Positions 26,330 to 32,000 of a DNA stretch of 32,000 bases are shown here, piece after piece. The stretch comes from Phycisphaera mikurensis NBRC 102666 (GTDB lineage Bacteria > Planctomycetota > Phycisphaerae > Phycisphaerales > Phycisphaeraceae). The stretch is taken from positions 3,180,001 through 3,212,000 of the forward strand of contig NC_017080.1 of the NCBI RefSeq assembly GCF_000284115.1, given 5' to 3'. The position numbers and the translations under genes were made by a program. Under the pieces are notes generated by a model that was not told where the DNA came from, searched no databases, and worked only from the letters and a program-made list of their open reading frames with translations. Position 1 is the first letter of the stretch. Each line of letters begins with the position of its first letter.

Positions 26330-27109
26330 ATGAATCCACCCTTCGAGAAGGGCGACCGCGTCCGCCACCCCAAGCGACCCGAGTGGGGGAGCGGCACCGT
26401 CCGCGACACGCAGGCGACGACGCACAACGGCGCCGCCGCGCAGAAGCTCACCATCGACTTCGCCAACCGGGGCCGGGCCGTCATCAACACGGCGGTCGCG
26501 CCGCTGGAGAAGATCGGCAGCGACGCGCCGGCGGGCAGCGTGCGGGCGGCCAAGGCCACCACGCACCGGGGCTCGGCGGCGCAGCTGTGGTCCGGCCACC
26601 CCGAGCGGCTCAAGGCCGCATCGGCCGAGGACCGCGAAGCGGCGGCCGAGGAGGCCGGCACCGCCCTGCTCGAGCGTGGCGGCCGCAACGGCAAGCGGAT
26701 CGCCGACCAGGGCTGGCTCGACGAGCTCGAGTCCGGCGGCGGGAGCGGCGGGAAGCACGAGCTCTGGGAGCTTCCCGACGCGATGACCGACCCGTTCATC
26801 GACATCCGCGACCGCCTGCGGAACACGCTGCTGTCGTACCGGTTCACCGAAGACCCCCGCTCGATCATCGAGTGGGCGACCAGCCAGACGGGCCTCGACG
26901 ACCCGCTGACCCGGTACACGCGGCACGAGATGGAGCAGGCCTTCCCCCGCTTCTGCCGCGATCGCGACAACCACTTCCGCAAGATGGCGTTCGACTTGAA
27001 GAAGAAGCGCGACGCCCGCACCCTCAAGAGCGCGATGAAGGGCGGGCTCCCGCCCGCCGGCCAGAGCGCCGTCGACAAGGCGCTGAAGATGTTCCGCTAC
27101 CGCGGCTGA
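26330..27109 (+). CDS. DUF3553-containing protein
   Basis: MNPPFEKGDRVRHPKRPEWGSGTVRDTQATTHNGAAAQKLTIDFANRGRAVINTAVAPLEKI, the DUF3553/CarD-like small beta module, followed by an uncharacterised C-terminal domain. Confidence 0.75.
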   Translation: MNPPFEKGDRVRHPKRPEWGSGTVRDTQATTHNGAAAQKLTIDFANRGRAVINTAVAPLEKIGSDAPAGSVRAAKATTHRGSAAQLWSGHPERLKAASAEDREAAAEEAGTALLERGGRNGKRIADQGWLDELESGGGSGGKHELWELPDAMTDPFIDIRDRLRNTLLSYRFTEDPRSIIEWATSQTGLDDPLTRYTRHEMEQAFPRFCRDRDNHFRKMAFDLKKKRDARTLKSAMKGGLPPAGQSAVDKALKMFRYRG

Positions 27110-27126
27110 TGCGGCAACGCGGCTGC

Positions 27127-27161
27127 GCCCGCTCGCTTCTGGCGGTTTCGGCCGAGCGGGC
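27127..27161 (+). terminator. Candidate hairpin downstream of the DUF3553 gene
   Basis: GCCCGCTCG ... CGAGCGGGC (9-bp perfect stem, 17-nt spacer), 17 nt after the stop codon; no U tract. Confidence 0.35.
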
Positions 27162-27357
27162 AGACAGGCCGCGGACGACGCCGGCGGAGCGGCTCCCCCC
27201 GCCTTGCTTCGGTCAAGCGCCTCCAGCGCCGGCGTGGACGCGGCGTCCGAGGCGGGCGGGCGTCGCGAAGCGGCTCCGTCGCGCGAAGCGGGTCCGAGGC
27301 AGGCGCGGCCGCGCCCTCAGTCACGCCGCGACGCGGGCGCTCCCGGACACGACCTAG

Positions 27358-29787
<2,430 letters not shown>

Positions 29788-30009
29788 GGCAACGGCGGGC
29801 GCCGCGGGTCCGAGAGCGGAGACCGGGGGAGGCCACGGCCGGGTCCGAGAATCCGCGGACCGCGGGTCCGGGAGGCCCGCCGCGGCCGCGGTCCGCGGCC
29901 GCCGGCCGCCGGTCCTGCCGATCGCACGGGCTTGCGCTTCAGCGGGCCGGGCCAAGCGCCGATGCCACCCCTGCCCCGCACGCCGCGGGGGCCCCCAGGA
30001 CGCTCCGCC

Positions 30010-31125
30010 ATGGCATTTGGTCTCAGCAGCAAGAACCGCACCTCGCCGATCGCGGTCGACTTCGGGAGCGACACGCTCAAGGTGCTCCAGATCGACAGCA
30101 GCGAGCGGACCGAGATCATCGCGGCCGGCTCCGCCGTGCTCAGCGACGACGCCCGCACGAACCCCGCGGCCCGCATGGCCTTCCTCGAGGAGTCGCTGAA
30201 GAAGATCCTCCGCGGCCTGCCCTTCCGCGGACGCCGGGCGATGCTCGCGATCCCGGGCTACCAAACGCTGATCCACAACTTCACGATGGACCGCTGCGAC
30301 GACGAGGACATCGACGCGATGGTCGACCTGCAGCTGCAGGAACGGCTCGGCGTGCAGGCCGCCCGGATGGTCACGCGGAACACCAAGACCGCCGACCACC
30401 ACCGCGGCGGCTCCGAGAAGACCGACGTCAGCTGCCTCGCCGCCAAGCGGGACCTGGTGATGAGCTATCTGCAGCTCGCCGGACGCTGCCGGCTCGAGGT
30501 GGTCGGCATGCACCCCGAGCCGATCGCCCTGATCCGCGCCTTGAGCGACCGCGACGCCGGCGTGCCCGCCGCGGCCGTCGACGACCGCAGCGTCGCCCTC
30601 CGCGGCACCCGGTCCGGGCCCTCTCCGGCCCGGCTCGTGCTGGACTTCGCCCACGCGACCTCCCGCGTTCTGATCCTCGAGGGCGAGACGCTGCGGCTCG
30701 CCCGCACGATCCACGCCGGCGGCCTCCACCTCACAAGGCAGCGGACGCGCGAGAGCGGCGAGAGCTTCCTCGCCGCCCGCACCAAGCGTCGCGCCGAGGC
30801 CGCCGCCGAACCCGGCGACACGCCGCTTTCCTGCCGCGTTGCGGAACTGCTCATCGAGGAGCTCCGGATGACGCTGCGGCACCACCACGCCCGGCACCCG
30901 GCCTCGCCGGTGACGCGGGTGCTGGTGTGCGGCGGCGAGGCCGCGTCCGAGCCGCGCCTGCGCGCTCTCGGTGCGGCGTTGAGCCTGCCGGTCAGCCGCT
31001 TCGACCCGCTCGCCGGCGCGGCGGCGGGCCCCGGTCCCTCCGCCCTCTCCGGCGTCGACCTCGCCGCCGGCACCGGCGGCTGGGCCGTGCCCTGGGGCCT
31101 CTGCCACAGCGAGCTGAACCTCTAA
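30010..31125 (+). CDS. pilM: PilM-like type IV pilus / secretion assembly ATPase-fold protein
   Basis: SPIAVDFGSDTLKVLQIDSSERTEIIAAGSAVL...RGRRAMLAIPGYQTLIHNFTMDRCDDEDIDAMVDLQLQERLG...RVAELLIEELRMTLRHHHARHPASPVTRVLVCGGEAASEPRLRALGAALSLPVSRFDPL. Confidence 0.8.
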   Translation: MAFGLSSKNRTSPIAVDFGSDTLKVLQIDSSERTEIIAAGSAVLSDDARTNPAARMAFLEESLKKILRGLPFRGRRAMLAIPGYQTLIHNFTMDRCDDEDIDAMVDLQLQERLGVQAARMVTRNTKTADHHRGGSEKTDVSCLAAKRDLVMSYLQLAGRCRLEVVGMHPEPIALIRALSDRDAGVPAAAVDDRSVALRGTRSGPSPARLVLDFAHATSRVLILEGETLRLARTIHAGGLHLTRQRTRESGESFLAARTKRRAEAAAEPGDTPLSCRVAELLIEELRMTLRHHHARHPASPVTRVLVCGGEAASEPRLRALGAALSLPVSRFDPLAGAAAGPGPSALSGVDLAAGTGGWAVPWGLCHSELNL

Positions 31126-31182
31126 GCCCCGACGGGCTCGACGCATCCCACCCGCCCATCCATCGCTCCCCCCGGTGCTCCC

Positions 31183-31929
31183 ATGAACAACAAAGCCAGC
31201 TTCCTGCCCGAGGACTACCTCGACCGCCGCCTCGCCAAGCGGAGCCACGCGCTCTTCCTCACGCTCTTCGCGGTGGTGATCCTCGGAGCGATCGGCTCCT
31301 TCGTCGTCCTGCTCTCGCAGCAGCGCGAGGCCCGCGAGGCGCACGACGAGGTCGTCCGCCGGATCCAGGTCGAGAGCACGCAGCTCGAGACGATCAAGGC
31401 GCTGGAGACGCAGCGCGAGGCGATGATGCGGAAGGCGGCGATCACCGCGACGCTCATGGACCCGATCCAGAAGAGCAACGTCCTGGCGGAACTGATCAAC
31501 CACATGCCGCTGCCGGTCTCGCTCACGGAGGTGGAGGTCGAGACCAACGTCGCGACCCAGCGGGTCGTCACCCGCTCGGCCCTCCAGCAGGCGAGCCAGC
31601 GGGCCGCCGCCGCCGCGGAGGCGGAAGCCCCGCCGCCGCCGCCGCTGCGCACCGTCGTGCTGCAGGTGACCGGCATCGCGCCCTCGGACCTGGATGTCTC
31701 GACCTTCATGGTGTCGCTCCAGACCCACCCGCTCTTCGCCGACGTCGAGCTGCTCGAGACGCGGCAGCAGCGGATCGACGAGGAGAAGCTCCGCGAGTTC
31801 AAGATCAAGCTCGAGCTCGATCCCAACCTCACGATGGCCGACCTCGAGCCGACCCGGCGCGACCGCACCCTGACGGTGAACCCGATGGGCGGCGACATCG
31901 TGATCGAGCCCGCGGGCTTTCAGAACTGA
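31183..31929 (+). CDS. PilN-like membrane protein (type IV pilus inner membrane assembly)
   Basis: Short cytosolic N-terminus (NNKASFLPEDYLDRRLAKR), single TM helix (ALFLTLFAVVILGAIGSFVVLL), coiled coil, then a PilN-type alpha/beta domain; directly downstream of pilM. Confidence 0.75.
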   Translation: MNNKASFLPEDYLDRRLAKRSHALFLTLFAVVILGAIGSFVVLLSQQREAREAHDEVVRRIQVESTQLETIKALETQREAMMRKAAITATLMDPIQKSNVLAELINHMPLPVSLTEVEVETNVATQRVVTRSALQQASQRAAAAAEAEAPPPPPLRTVVLQVTGIAPSDLDVSTFMVSLQTHPLFADVELLETRQQRIDEEKLREFKIKLELDPNLTMADLEPTRRDRTLTVNPMGGDIVIEPAGFQN

Positions 31930-32000
31930 ATCGGCGGCAACGCCGCTCCCCGGCCCCGACGGGCCCCACACCCCCTCCCCCAGATCCCCGCCTCGGCGGC

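Overview
This 32 kb window comes from a very GC-rich bacterial chromosome, and gene content suggests (inference only) a planctomycete of the Phycisphaerae type. It is densely packed with mostly housekeeping genes. I recognise: partial rpsA; a secreted SnoaL/NTF2-like protein; speA; a small secreted protein; gatB; a eukaryote-type UDP-sugar pyrophosphorylase; a chlorite-dismutase/HemQ-family protein; a REC-HTH(LuxR) regulator; an ABC-2 permease overlapping a SCO1/SenC gene; thyA; a USP-like/DUF389 membrane protein; a cardiolipin-synthase-like PLD protein; hpf; an LptD/OstA-like outer membrane protein; a YifB/ComM Mg-chelatase ATPase; an HTH-plus-transmembrane hypothetical; a yacG/tsaE/thiL cluster; a polytopic membrane protein; a DUF3553 protein; ligA; and the start of a pilM/pilN locus. 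I found no convincing defence system, prophage, CRISPR array or tRNA/rRNA. The most unusual structure is non-coding. Between the DUF389 gene and the cls-like gene there is a roughly 0.5 kb array of ~107-109 bp repeats. Each unit carries two near-perfect palindromes with the same 9-nt core in alternating orientation (nine in total), and the array is bracketed by a 12-bp direct repeat. Other non-coding signals are a recurring intergenic CCGCGGACC/GGTCCGCGG motif, G-quadruplex-type tracts, a 91-bp tandem duplication, and purine/pyrimidine-asymmetric short repeats in divergent promoter regions. Many long ORFs in the supplied track are GC-driven shadow ORFs and were rejected.
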